DNA from: an uncultured bacterium
Lineage (GTDB): Bacteria; Planctomycetota; UBA1135; GCA-002686595
Assembly (NCBI GenBank): GCA_943787795.1
Contig: CALSNU010000002.1
Location: forward strand, 288,001 to 352,000
Direction: 5' to 3'
DNA: 64,000 bases
The position numbers and the translations under genes were made by a program. The notes under the pieces were generated by a model. The model searched no databases and was not told where the DNA came from. It worked only from the letters and a program-made list of their open reading frames with translations. Below, piece after piece: positions 27,488 through 37,318 of this stretch (position 1 is the first letter of the stretch; every line of letters starts with the position of its first letter).

Positions 27488-28069
27488 ATGCCCGTTGACG
27501 ACCAGCACGATCCAACGCCTGGGGACACCCTGGAGGCACTCCTCGACCTGGGGTCTTTGGACGCACTCCCGCGCACCGGCTGGCTCCTCCGGGGAGTCCA
27601 ACCCGCGGAGTCGGTGGCCGGACACCTGCTCGGGGTCGCGCACCTGGCGCTCGCCCTCGCGCCCCGCGTCGATTCGCCGCTGGACCTCGGTCGGGTCCTG
27701 GCCATGGCGGTGCTCCACGATGCAGCCGAGGCACGCAGCGGTGACATTCCAGGCCCTGCTGGGTCCAGGCTCGCGCCCGGCCAGAAGCGGGCGCTCGAGT
27801 CGAGCCTCGCGGATGACCTCTTGACCCCGCTCTCTGCCACCGCAAGGGACGCCTTCGAGGAGTTCCAGGCCCAGGAGACCCCGGAGGCGCGCTTCATCAA
27901 GGCCTGCGACCGCCTCCAACTCGGGGTCCGACTGGTGGGCTACGAGCGGGCAGGGTGGCGTGGCCTCGACGAATTCTGGGACGGCCTCGACCCCGAGCTC
28001 TTCGCGGAGTTTGCGCCCTGCAGTGGACTCTGCGCCGAGCTCCTCAGCTCGAGACCGGGTGGATCTTGA
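27488..28069 (+). CDS. HD-domain hydrolase (YfbR/HDDC2-like)
   Basis: LPRTGW, ESVAGH, LHDAAEARSGD, KACDRL. Confidence 0.88.
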   Translation: MPVDDQHDPTPGDTLEALLDLGSLDALPRTGWLLRGVQPAESVAGHLLGVAHLALALAPRVDSPLDLGRVLAMAVLHDAAEARSGDIPGPAGSRLAPGQKRALESSLADDLLTPLSATARDAFEEFQAQETPEARFIKACDRLQLGVRLVGYERAGWRGLDEFWDGLDPELFAEFAPCSGLCAELLSSRPGGS

Positions 28070-29127
28070 GACGGCCGCGGATCCTCTCTGTCGTCCCGCT
28101 GGCCGCCCTGACCGTGGTCCTGGGCGTACTGGCTGCCGCGGTCCTCACGGACCCGCCCCTCGACTTCCCATTTTCCGAGCCGCCGCCCGGAGCGCCCATC
28201 CCGTCCGTCGACCTCTCCCTGGGAGACCTGACGCTCACCGGTCGAGTGATAAGTCCTGACGGCGCCCCGGTGGACGGCGCAGGAGTGTCCTTGAAGGAGG
28301 GAATCCGCCCGGTATGGACCTGGACCTCGTCGGACGGGTCCTTCGCCCTGACCGAACTCGACGCCGGCCCCAAGCGCATCCTGGTGACCGCCCTGGGGCT
28401 CCAGGCCACGGCCTTTGACGTCGAACTGGGCCCAGGGACCGCGGATACGGTGGAGCTGAAGCTGGAACGGAAGATCATCGCGCCGGAGGTGTCTGAGGGC
28501 CTCTCCCTCCAGGACCTCCGCGGAAGGATCGACCTCGGCCCGCTCGCGAGCACGGAGGCCGGCTTCGAGGTGCTCTTCCAACCGCTCCTCTCGCCGCTCG
28601 AGCTCGATGGCGGCTTCCCACGACGCGTGGCTGTGGACCGCGCGGGTCGCTTCGAGGCTCCGCTGCTCCAGGAAGGCGGCTACCGGATCATCCTGCTCTC
28701 TCCCGACAATCGAGGAGCCGACGGCCCGGACCTGCTCTCCACCGGAGCCCAGGACGTGATCACCGTCCAGCACGGAGCTGATGGCGAGACGGGCGAGCTT
28801 GAGCTCACTTCCAAGGCCGGCATGCTGCGTGGCACCGTGACCGCGCCATCGACCGAGACGGGCGGGACCGACCGGCCCGTTCGGGGCGCGCTGGTCCGGG
28901 CCGAACCGTTGACCGTGGATCCGGCCGAGCCGCGCAGGGGGACGTTGCTCCTGGAAGCCGATGACTTCAGGGCCACCCGAACCGACCCCGAGGGGCGCTT
29001 CGTCCTGCGCGACCTGCGCCCCGGCCGCTATCGGGTGACGGTGGTGGCTGGCAGGGCTCGCCGCCAGACCGATGTCCTCGTGCCGGCAGGAGGAGCCGTC
29101 GACGTCCAGTTCGACACGACACGATGA
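28066..29127 (+). CDS. Membrane-anchored protein with carboxypeptidase-regulatory-like (Ig-type) domains
   Basis: N-terminal TM, GRVISPDGAPVDGAGV, TDPEGRFVLRDLRPGRYRV; TTGA overlap. Confidence 0.75.
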   Translation: MRRPRILSVVPLAALTVVLGVLAAAVLTDPPLDFPFSEPPPGAPIPSVDLSLGDLTLTGRVISPDGAPVDGAGVSLKEGIRPVWTWTSSDGSFALTELDAGPKRILVTALGLQATAFDVELGPGTADTVELKLERKIIAPEVSEGLSLQDLRGRIDLGPLASTEAGFEVLFQPLLSPLELDGGFPRRVAVDRAGRFEAPLLQEGGYRIILLSPDNRGADGPDLLSTGAQDVITVQHGADGETGELELTSKAGMLRGTVTAPSTETGGTDRPVRGALVRAEPLTVDPAEPRRGTLLLEADDFRATRTDPEGRFVLRDLRPGRYRVTVVAGRARRQTDVLVPAGGAVDVQFDTTR

Positions 29128-31133
29128 ACCGCATCACAGCGATCCTGCTGGCCTTTGCCACCCTGCTGACCCACGTGCTCGTCGTGCACCGTGACCTCAG
29201 CGGAGAATTCGGGCCGCCGTACGATTCCGCATACGTGGCGTTCCGGCTGGCCCTCAACTTGGTCACCGAGGGGGACTTCGCATGGTGGCGCGACCCAACC
29301 ACCGGGGAGACCTTTGGCGGACTCTGGTCCTACCCGTCCCCGATCCTGGTCTTCGTCTCATCAGCCTTCGAGTGGCTACGCATCCCTGTCGCTCGCGGGG
29401 TACAGGTCACCGGAATCCTCTCCGTCATCGCCACCATCTGGCTCTGTACCCGCTTCGACCGGACGAGGATCCTCAGCGTGGTACCTGCAGTCCTCCTGGT
29501 CTCCTGCGGCGCGGTCGCCGCCGCCGGCGGTAGCGGGACCGAGTGGCCCATCGTGATGACCCTGGGCACCGCCGCGTTCATCGCCCTTGAGAGAGGACGA
29601 CCTCTCACTGCCGCGGTATCGCTCGCCCTGCTGATCGTCTCCACCCCGGCGGCCGTCCTGCTGATCATCGCACTCCTCGTGCAGACGCTGCTTCGAGGCG
29701 AGGTCTTCGGATCCACCGCTCGGGCGCAGCGAGTGCTCTACTTCTTGCCCGCGGTGGCGACGCTCGGCCTCGTCGAGCTGGCCGGTGGCTCCCTGCTCGC
29801 CGATGTCGCGAGGCTCCTCTCCTGGCAAGAGGCCGATGCTGCAATTGGCCTCGCCCACCTGAGGGACTTCTGCGTTGCGACGATCTCACCTCTCCTCCTG
29901 ATCTACCCCCTGTTCGCCCTCTGCATGGGTGACCTGTCCCCGGTCGGGCGGCGAGCGCTCGCGCTTGTCGGTGTCTGGTGTGCGGCGACGGTCATGGCCG
30001 GAGGCGGGCTAGAGACATACGACCTCGGATTTATACCTGCGCTGCCGTTTGCGTTCATCGCGATCCAGGAGGGTCTCCGGCGAGCCCTTGACACGCACAA
30101 GCCGAACGTCGAGCGACTCGCGTGGGTCTCCATCCTCGCCGCCAGCCTGGGATCCCTCGCCGTCAACCGATTCCCCGGTGAGCCGTCGAAGTCGGGTGAG
30201 CCGACGGTGATCGAACGACTGCTCAAGTCCACCGCGACCCGCTGGCCGGTCCCCCACCCAACGCTCGGCAGGCCGAGCCTCCACCAGGAGATCCGGAGCA
30301 CGAATCGCCTCCGGCAGATTGGTCAATTTCTGGGCGAGCGCCTCCCTGAAGACACGACCCTGCTCAGTCCCTGGCCGGGAGCCCTTGGATACGTCGGGCG
30401 CTACCGGGTCATTGACCTGCTTGGGCGGACCGACGCCCTACCTGGCTATCCACCGGCCCCATGGTCCCCGTCTCCACCTGCAGCTCGCATCACAGCAGCG
30501 CTCGGCGAAGCGCCCGACTACATCCTCCCCTGGCTCAGTGGCTTCAGGGTGGAGGTCACGGACGGAGACCACCCACGGCTCCGTCCGAGCATTCTTCGCC
30601 TCGATCCCGACGACAGCCCCTCCTACCGCGCCGAGATTGACGCGCTCATGGGAGCCTATGAGCCCCTGGTCACGGCGGGAAGGCAAGGGCCGAAGCAGCA
30701 GGCGACCGCACCGCTCCTTCTCCTGCGCCGCCGGGGCCTATTCAGTGTTCCGGCCATTGAACTCCGGATCCGGCAGGGTGACATCCTCGAGTTCGTCGCG
30801 AGCTTCGGGGCCCCAGGGCCTGGAGAGCAGGCCTCCAGTCTTCCGCAGGTCTTCGATACGGTCATCACCGCCATCCGAGCCGACGGTTCCCGTTCGCTCC
30901 TGGATCCTATGGGCCGGGATCGCGGCTCGCTCGGCGACGGGCCCCTGACCATGAGCAGCCTGGTCATTGATCCCCGCTGGCCGGACGAGGTCTCGCTGCT
31001 GCGCATGTCCCTCGCGGAGCTGCGGTCGATGTCCGCCGTCCGCCGTATCGAGGTGCGGCTGATCCATCATCGGCTGCCCGCCCGCTCATCGATCTCGAAC
31101 GCAGCAGAGCCGTTCATGTACGAGATCCCCTGA
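29124..31133 (+). CDS. Polytopic membrane protein, GT-C glycosyltransferase-like
   Basis: First loop YDSAYVAFRLALNLVTEG, many TM helices, SGTEWP, periplasmic PGALGY...IDLLGRTD. Confidence 0.6.
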   Translation: MNRITAILLAFATLLTHVLVVHRDLSGEFGPPYDSAYVAFRLALNLVTEGDFAWWRDPTTGETFGGLWSYPSPILVFVSSAFEWLRIPVARGVQVTGILSVIATIWLCTRFDRTRILSVVPAVLLVSCGAVAAAGGSGTEWPIVMTLGTAAFIALERGRPLTAAVSLALLIVSTPAAVLLIIALLVQTLLRGEVFGSTARAQRVLYFLPAVATLGLVELAGGSLLADVARLLSWQEADAAIGLAHLRDFCVATISPLLLIYPLFALCMGDLSPVGRRALALVGVWCAATVMAGGGLETYDLGFIPALPFAFIAIQEGLRRALDTHKPNVERLAWVSILAASLGSLAVNRFPGEPSKSGEPTVIERLLKSTATRWPVPHPTLGRPSLHQEIRSTNRLRQIGQFLGERLPEDTTLLSPWPGALGYVGRYRVIDLLGRTDALPGYPPAPWSPSPPAARITAALGEAPDYILPWLSGFRVEVTDGDHPRLRPSILRLDPDDSPSYRAEIDALMGAYEPLVTAGRQGPKQQATAPLLLLRRRGLFSVPAIELRIRQGDILEFVASFGAPGPGEQASSLPQVFDTVITAIRADGSRSLLDPMGRDRGSLGDGPLTMSSLVIDPRWPDEVSLLRMSLAELRSMSAVRRIEVRLIHHRLPARSSISNAAEPFMYEIP

Positions 31134-31191
31134 GCACCCCCTCCTCCTCGCTTTCCTGCGGGAGCGAGGAGCGCTGCAATAGGATAGGGAG

Positions 31192-32460
31192 GTGGAACCT
31201 GCTGTTTGGAGAGCGCTCGCGCCGCTGGCGCCCGGCTGCGTCGACCGTTGGGGCGAGCTCGCGGATCCAGCGCCTTCCCTGGGCGCCCTCGACCGTATTC
31301 GGGCGACCCGAGGACCAGCCGTGGCCCGCTTTGTCTCTCTCCAGGCAGAGCTAGCGAGGCAGCACCGAGGCCGGCTCGATGGGGCTGCGCTGCCCTTCTT
31401 GACCTCGAAGGGCGCCGAGCAGGCCACGGCGACCGCCGTCGCGCGGCATCGCGCGGAGCGCTTCGCCCGCGCCGGTTTGGATCGGATTCCCTGGGACGCG
31501 TGCTGCGGCGTGGGCTCGGATCTGCTGGCCCTCGCCGAGCGCTTCGACCGGGTCCTCGCCACGGACCTCGACCCTGACACCCTCCGCTGCGCGGCGGCGA
31601 ACCTCGCCTGCACGCAGGATCGCCGGCCTCGAGACCATGGGTTGAGCACTGGCGCGAGCTGGCTCGCGGCCATCGGAGACGCCGTCACTCCTCCCTTTCT
31701 CCCCACGGTCGAGGCTCAGGTCCTCGGTCTCTTCGACCCCGATCGCCGTCCCGCAGGATCGCGAGAGGGCCGTGCAGATCGCTGGAGCCCCGCTCTCGAC
31801 ACCGTGTTTCAGGCCGCAGCCAACCTGGGGGGCGCATGCGTCAAGCTCCCCCCGTCACTGGAGGAGTCCAACCTCTCTCGTGCCGCCGGAGACCTCTCCC
31901 TCGCCCTCTCATGGACATCCCTGGACGGTGAGATGAAGGAGCTGAGCGCATGGTCCGGAGTCCTGTGCGCCGACGCTCCCAGGAGGGAGGCCGTCTCGCT
32001 CCGCTCCAGCGGAGAGGCTCGCTCCTACTCGAGCTCGACCCAGACGCTCCCCGAGGCGGAGCGAGAGCCACGCCAGGGACAGTGGCTCGTGGAGTTGGAC
32101 CCAGCGCTCTGGCGAGCCAACCTGGCCGGGGCCTTCGCAGCGGAACACGGCGCGGCGCCCCTTGAAGCCCCAGGGCCCGGCGGGTTCCTGGTTGCCCAGG
32201 CGCCCCTGGCCCATCCGATGGCCCGCAGCTGGCAGGTCAAAGGCGTCGTCCCCGCCGACCGCAGGCGCGTGCGAGCCCTGCTCCGCGAGCACGCCGTGGG
32301 ACCGCTCACCGTGAAGACCCGCCACCACCCCCAGAGCGCCGAGGCCCTCGCCATGCGCTTCCGGTCCTCAGGCTCCAAGGCGGGGCTGCTGGCCGTCACC
32401 CGCGTGGCCGGCCGCGCGCTCGCGCTTCTCCTGGAGGAGGGGCTCGACGAGATGCCCTGA
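31192..32460 (+). CDS. Class I SAM-dependent methyltransferase with THUMP-like C-terminus
   Basis: AEQAT..VARHRAERF, DACCGVGSD, DPDRR, VKLPP, SLDGEMKE. Confidence 0.8.
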   Translation: MEPAVWRALAPLAPGCVDRWGELADPAPSLGALDRIRATRGPAVARFVSLQAELARQHRGRLDGAALPFLTSKGAEQATATAVARHRAERFARAGLDRIPWDACCGVGSDLLALAERFDRVLATDLDPDTLRCAAANLACTQDRRPRDHGLSTGASWLAAIGDAVTPPFLPTVEAQVLGLFDPDRRPAGSREGRADRWSPALDTVFQAAANLGGACVKLPPSLEESNLSRAAGDLSLALSWTSLDGEMKELSAWSGVLCADAPRREAVSLRSSGEARSYSSSTQTLPEAEREPRQGQWLVELDPALWRANLAGAFAAEHGAAPLEAPGPGGFLVAQAPLAHPMARSWQVKGVVPADRRRVRALLREHAVGPLTVKTRHHPQSAEALAMRFRSSGSKAGLLAVTRVAGRALALLLEEGLDEMP

Positions 32461-32575
32461 CGAGTCCATGAGCGACAGGAGAGCCCCGAGGAAGAGCCCT
32501 CGGCAACGGAGGTCCCGATAGCAGAGGACCCAGCCCCACCGACTCCTTCACCAGGTTGATGCAAAAGGAGGCACC

Positions 32576-32651
32576 TGGTGGGCGATGAGGGACTCGAACC
32601 CACGACGTCCTCGGTGTAAACGAGGCACTCTACCAACTGAGTTAATCGCCC
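32576..32651 (-). tRNA. tRNA-Val (TAC)
   Basis: Reverse complement GGGCGATTAACTCAGTTGGTAGAGTGCCTCGTTTACACCGAGGACGTCGTGGGTTCGAGTCCCTCATCGCCCACCA: 76 nt, anticodon TAC, CCA. Confidence 0.97.
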
Positions 32652-32825
32652 TCTGAGGGAACGCCAGCGACCCCATCGGGGTCGAGACCTTGGTTATTCT
32701 GCCCCATATCGCGCCCTGAGTTCAGGGGGCGCGGTTCGAAATCCGATGTTCCGATAAGAGTGAAGCTGCACCTCAGCGGCTCTTCCGGTCGGCCCCTGCC
32801 ACTCCCCAGTACCGCCCCCCCAATC

Positions 32826-34127
32826 ATGCGTATCGCAGTCATCGGATCCGGCTATGTCGGCCTCGTCGCAGGAACCTGCTTCGCCGAGAGCGGCAACACC
32901 GTCACCTGCATTGACATCGACGAGAAGAAGATCGATGGCCTCCGTAACGGCGTCGTGCCCATCTTCGAGCCGGGGCTCGAGGAGCTGGTCAAGCGCAACG
33001 TCCGCGATGGACGCCTCCACTTCACGACCGACTACTCGGAGGGCATGAAGGACGCCCAGGTGGCGTTCATCGCCGTGGGGACGCCCCCGGGCGAGGACGG
33101 CGGCGCCGACGTCAAGTACGTCCTCGCTGCCGCCGAGAGCATCGCCAAGCACATGACGGGCTACACCGTGGTCGTGGACAAGTCAACGGTCCCCGTCGGC
33201 ACGGCACTGAAGGTGCAGGCGGCCATGGCCCCACACGCCAAGCACGAGTTCGACGTGGTCTCGAACCCGGAGTTCCTCAAGGAGGGAGCCGCCATCGACG
33301 ACTTCCTCAAGCCTGATCGCGTGGTCGTCGGCGCGGATACGGACCGGGCGGCCCGGATCATGACGGAGCTCTACGAGCCGTTCGTCCGTACCGGGAACCC
33401 CATCTTCACCATGGACGTGGCGTCCGCGGAGCTGACCAAGTACGCGGCCAACGCCATGCTCGCCACGCGCATCTCCTTCATGAACGAGATCGCCAACGTC
33501 TGCGAGCGGGTGGGCGCCAACGTGGACAACGTCCGCAAGGGCATCGGTTCGGACGACCGTATCGGCTCCCGCTTCCTCTTCGCCGGGATCGGCTACGGGG
33601 GGTCCTGCTTCCCGAAGGACGTCAAGGCCATCATCCACACGGCGGACAAGAACGACTACGACTTCAGGATCTTGAAGGCCGTGGAGGACGTGAACGCGAC
33701 CCAGAAGCTCCTGATGTTCGAGAAGATCGTGAGGCACTTCGGCGAGGACCTCTCGGGCCTCCGCTTTGCGCTCTGGGGCCTCGCGTTCAAGCCCAACACG
33801 GACGACATGCGCGAGGCGCCCGCCATCGTCCTCTCCCGCGCCCTCCGGGGGGCGGGGGCGACCGTCATTGCCCACGATCCAGAGGCCATGGACGAGGCCC
33901 GGGAGCACTACCTCGGCGACGAGATCGAGTACGCTGAGAGCCCCATGGAAGCCATCCAGGGGGCCGACGCTCTGGTCATCGTGACGGAGTGGAACGAGTT
34001 CCGTCGTCCGGACTTCGAGGCCCTGCGGAGCGGCTTGAAGCAGCCCGTTATTTTCGACGGGAGGAACATCTTCCCGCGAGAGACGCTCGAGGAGCTCGGC
34101 TTCTTCTACGAGGCGCTCGGCCGGTAG
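32826..34127 (+). CDS. ugd: UDP-glucose 6-dehydrogenase
   Basis: GSGYVG, KSTVPVGT, SNPEFLKEG, GYGGSCFPKD, GLAFKPNTDDMRE. Confidence 0.95.
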   Translation: MRIAVIGSGYVGLVAGTCFAESGNTVTCIDIDEKKIDGLRNGVVPIFEPGLEELVKRNVRDGRLHFTTDYSEGMKDAQVAFIAVGTPPGEDGGADVKYVLAAAESIAKHMTGYTVVVDKSTVPVGTALKVQAAMAPHAKHEFDVVSNPEFLKEGAAIDDFLKPDRVVVGADTDRAARIMTELYEPFVRTGNPIFTMDVASAELTKYAANAMLATRISFMNEIANVCERVGANVDNVRKGIGSDDRIGSRFLFAGIGYGGSCFPKDVKAIIHTADKNDYDFRILKAVEDVNATQKLLMFEKIVRHFGEDLSGLRFALWGLAFKPNTDDMREAPAIVLSRALRGAGATVIAHDPEAMDEAREHYLGDEIEYAESPMEAIQGADALVIVTEWNEFRRPDFEALRSGLKQPVIFDGRNIFPRETLEELGFFYEALGR

Positions 34128-34199
34128 GCCGCGGCTCCAAGCGCCTGAGCCCGCGTGCGGGCGTGCCAGCGGGCGCCCTCGGCGCAGCTAGCGGCTTGA

Positions 34200-34241
34200 A
34201 ACGACAAGGCGGCCCGTTCCCGAAGGAACGAGCCGCCTCTT
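34200..34241 (-). terminator. Intrinsic terminator hairpin with C(UUCG)G tetraloop (possibly bidirectional)
   Basis: Minus strand AGGCGGCTCGTTCC-TTCG-GGAACGGGCCGCCT followed by TGTCGTTT. Confidence 0.75.
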
Positions 34242-34348
34242 GATGTCGTGGCTATGACTGAGAGCACTCCTCACCCCGGCGCTGAACTCGATCAGGTGGT
34301 GTGAACCTCACCGAACGCTGGTGCGTCTTGTGTCCTCGATCAACGTGA
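34200..34348 (-). ncRNA. Candidate ~145-nt small RNA
   Basis: Bounded by an ECF-type promoter and the UUCG terminator; no convincing RBS-led ORF inside. Confidence 0.4.
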
Positions 34349-34353
34349 TACGT

Positions 34354-34381
34354 ATTACGTCGCCGGAAACCCACTGATTCC
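34354..34381 (-). promoter_or_regulatory. Putative ECF sigma promoter
   Basis: GGAATC-N16-CGTAAT on the minus strand, with a T-tract upstream. Confidence 0.55.
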
Positions 34382-34403
34382 GGAACGTTCATCCAAAAAA
34401 AAT

Positions 34404-35018
34404 TCAGCGGCGCTTCGAAGCCAACGTGCGCAACCATCGCGCGGCGCGCTGCCCTTCGTCGGTCTGTTGCGCCGCCAAGGCCTGCAGTTTCGCGCGCGCG
34501 ACGTCCTTCAATTCAATGAACGTCGACGACCATTGGATGCAACGAGCGACGTCAACGTTCGACTCTGCGGCGAGCAGCGCGCGGGACAGTAGCGCCGGGT
34601 CATCGCAGCGCGTGATCAGGTCACGCAGCGCTAGCGCTGCGCTGCACTCGCCGAGCTCGAGGCGAAGCCGAGCGGCCCACAGCGCCGCGTGATCCGCGTC
34701 TTGGCCGCGCGCGCGCGCGGCGGCGGCCACCGCCCGGTACCCATCCAACGCGGCGCATACATCGCCCCGTCGCCTGGCCTCATGTGCCAACGCGAGTCGA
34801 TGACGCCAGGTACGCCACGGAACCGCCACGGCGACCTGGATCGGTTCCACTTCACGGCGCCGTGGCTGCGGCCTCGGCTCCCTGGGCGGCGCCGAGAGCT
34901 CGACAAGGGCCAGGCTCAACCCGGCGATGACGACCACGCCCAGCGTCCCCCTCAGTCGATGGACTAGCAGCCATCGACTCGGTCGAACCAGGTTCGATGA
35001 GTGCCCCTTCGAGTCCAT
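34404..35018 (-). CDS. Hypothetical membrane protein, possible anti-sigma or partner of the ECF factor
   Basis: One TM helix (LGVVVIAGLSLALV) then a helical TPR-like segment; 8 bp downstream of the ECF gene. Confidence 0.5.
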   Translation of the reverse strand: MDSKGHSSNLVRPSRWLLVHRLRGTLGVVVIAGLSLALVELSAPPREPRPQPRRREVEPIQVAVAVPWRTWRHRLALAHEARRRGDVCAALDGYRAVAAAARARGQDADHAALWAARLRLELGECSAALALRDLITRCDDPALLSRALLAAESNVDVARCIQWSSTFIELKDVARAKLQALAAQQTDEGQRAARWLRTLASKRR

Positions 35019-35026
35019 CTCGGAGC

Positions 35027-35707
35027 TCAGCTCCGAGCGAGGTGCTCAAGAACCGCCGCGTGGAGCCGCCGCCGAGCCCGGAAGAGCCGCACCTTCACCA
35101 GCTGGCGACTCACAGAGCAGGCGGCGGCCGCGGCGGCGGTGCTGCCCCCCTCTGCGTAGAAGGCAGCGAGCACGACACGGTCGCGCTCCAGGAGGGTCCC
35201 CCAGACCGCACGAACTGCAGCGGTGAGGTCCTCGCCATCCACCTCTTGCCCGTCGACCAGGTAGAGGTCCGGCTCCGCCAGGTCCCCCGGCACGGCCTCC
35301 GTCCCCGGAATGAGCAGGAACGTCGCGTGCTCCGGAGGGCTCGAGTGCTGCCAGGATTCCTTCCTCGCGTGATCAAGATGAACGTTGGCAGCGATCTGGA
35401 GCAACCACGACACCGGTCGCTGGACCCGATGAAAGTGCTCTCCTTGGCGGGCGGCGCGCAGGAGCGTCTCCTGAACCAGGTCCTCGGCCTGGTGTTCGTC
35501 GCGGCAACGCCGCTTCAAGAAGGACAGCACGGAGGGCCGCAACGCCACCAGCTGGTCCCAACAGCGCGAGCCTGTGGCCGATGGAGTCGCTCGCCCGGTG
35601 TCGGCGGACCGGCCATGGGCTGGATGGGCACGACGTGAAGCTGGCGTTGACCTGGGGCGCGACGGTGCTTCAGCAGAGCGCGGGACGGGGAGTGTAAGTC
35701 TGGACAT
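35027..35707 (-). CDS. ECF-type RNA polymerase sigma factor
   Basis: Region 2 AEDLVQETLLRA...SWLLQIAANVHLDHARK; region 4 LLERDRVVL...VKVRLFRARRRL; start uncertain. Confidence 0.85.
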   Translation of the reverse strand: MSRLTLPVPRSAEAPSRPRSTPASRRAHPAHGRSADTGRATPSATGSRCWDQLVALRPSVLSFLKRRCRDEHQAEDLVQETLLRAARQGEHFHRVQRPVSWLLQIAANVHLDHARKESWQHSSPPEHATFLLIPGTEAVPGDLAEPDLYLVDGQEVDGEDLTAAVRAVWGTLLERDRVVLAAFYAEGGSTAAAAAACSVSRQLVKVRLFRARRRLHAAVLEHLARS

Positions 35708-36059
35708 GAGGCTCTTGGGAGAGGGCTTGACGACCACGAGCCGAGCGCGCCCTGCGGACGCTGCCGGTTCAGCCGGCCCCCGCTCGGCCGCGGATCCAGG
35801 TTCAAGACAGCATCTCCAGCGCAGCGGCATCGCCGGCGCCCCCCATGTGGAGAACTCCACGCCGCTCTGCCGCCCAACGAAGCACGGAAGGTCTGCGCGG
35901 CCATCCGAGGCGCGCCGGAGGCGTCGGACCTCTCCGGTACGGCATTCGCCGCCAATAGGGCGAGGCCGCCCCCGGTCACCGGGGGCGGCCTCGCCGCTGG
36001 CAGGGTCAACGCCTGCTAGTCCCGAATCGACCGGAACGCTGGCTTTCTTGCGGATCAGA

Positions 36060-37190
36060 TCAGTTCCGGCGGCGGAACTGGCGGGCCGAGTCCGACCAGC
36101 GAGAGCCTCGGAAGTTCCGCGTCACGAAGTTGAAGAGGCGATCGGACTGCTCCTTGGCCAGCTCTCCACCCAGCTCCTGAATGCAGCGGCCGGCGTAGAA
36201 GGCCGACTGCGGGACGTAGGCCAGCTCGGCGGGGTAGAGCACGACCACGCGCATGAAGGCGAGCTGGGCACGATTGAAGAGCGGTCCGGCCGTCTCGGCG
36301 TTGCCCGCCGCGGCCATGGTCTCGGCCCTGCGGAACAGGCACTCCCCGAGGCCGCACCACGCGGCGGCCAGGGTGCGGTCGTCGGCGTTGGGTGACTCGG
36401 TGACGCCCTCAAAGCCCTCCTCAGCCTCCTCGAAGGCGCCGCGCGCCTTCATCGATTCGGCGATCGCAACGTCAGCACGATTGGCGACGGTCGGGAAGAC
36501 CGCGGCTTCGGTCGAGACCCGATCCAGCGCCGACTCGAGCCCGGTGCCGCTGAGCGACTCGTCCGAGAGGACCGCGCGGAGCCTGTGCTCCAGCTTCCAT
36601 CGCTGGGCCAAACCACGCTCCTCTACGAGAGCACCGAAGGCCGCGGCCGAGGCCTTCGCGCCAGCCCGGTCGCCGTGGATCAGCTGCGCCTCGATCTTCT
36701 TGATGAAGGAGAGCGGCACGTAGCGGGAGTCAGGATAGGTGGCCACCAGCTCGTCGACCGCCGCGACCATGGACTGGATGGACTCCTCAGAGTTCAGCTG
36801 CTCGAAGAGCTCGATCAACCGGTACTGGGAGTAGGCCGCAGCCCAGGGGTGCTTGCGATCGCCCCGCTCGCCGAGACCCCCGAGGTAGGTCTGGTAGCCG
36901 CTGATGGCGCCGAGCAGCGCGCCGTTGGCCGCGTCCACCTCGGCGGCAGCCACGTCCTCAGGTCGCTCGGTGAACTCGACCCGCAGGACCAGTTCCGAGT
37001 CGACCTCGGCTTCTCCGCGGCCCTTCTCCGGCTTGTAGGTCACCAGCTCGAGGGTCTCGGAGACCACGTCCACGTTGTCGACGATGGAGCCGTCGGCCTT
37101 GTAGATACGGTCCGGGGCGGCGGACGCGTTGGGAGCGGCGACGACGGCCAGGGCGGCCAGGAGGGTCGAGGAGGTGATTCGGGTCATCAT
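36060..37190 (-). CDS. Secreted TPR-like protein
   Basis: Signal peptide ending NASA; TPR-like helices (ELVATYPDSRY, AFMRVVVLYP, QSAFYAGRC). Confidence 0.75.
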   Translation of the reverse strand: MMTRITSSTLLAALAVVAAPNASAAPDRIYKADGSIVDNVDVVSETLELVTYKPEKGRGEAEVDSELVLRVEFTERPEDVAAAEVDAANGALLGAISGYQTYLGGLGERGDRKHPWAAAYSQYRLIELFEQLNSEESIQSMVAAVDELVATYPDSRYVPLSFIKKIEAQLIHGDRAGAKASAAAFGALVEERGLAQRWKLEHRLRAVLSDESLSGTGLESALDRVSTEAAVFPTVANRADVAIAESMKARGAFEEAEEGFEGVTESPNADDRTLAAAWCGLGECLFRRAETMAAAGNAETAGPLFNRAQLAFMRVVVLYPAELAYVPQSAFYAGRCIQELGGELAKEQSDRLFNFVTRNFRGSRWSDSARQFRRRN

Positions 37191-37318
37191 GAAAACCATC
37201 GAACGGCATAGCGGGCGGCGTGCCCGCGGTGACGAGATCGGGGCAGGAGGATGGGCGGAATCGGCCGACCTGTCAACGTGAGCCGGCCCCCAAGGCGGCC
37301 AGACCGGGTCAGATCAGC

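Noticed and set aside
27337..27900. Long N-terminal extensions in the ORF track (aroF, also pgpA, tpiA, DUF58, moxR)
   Set aside because: They overlap neighbouring genes and lack family motifs; downstream starts, several with stop/start coupling, fit better.
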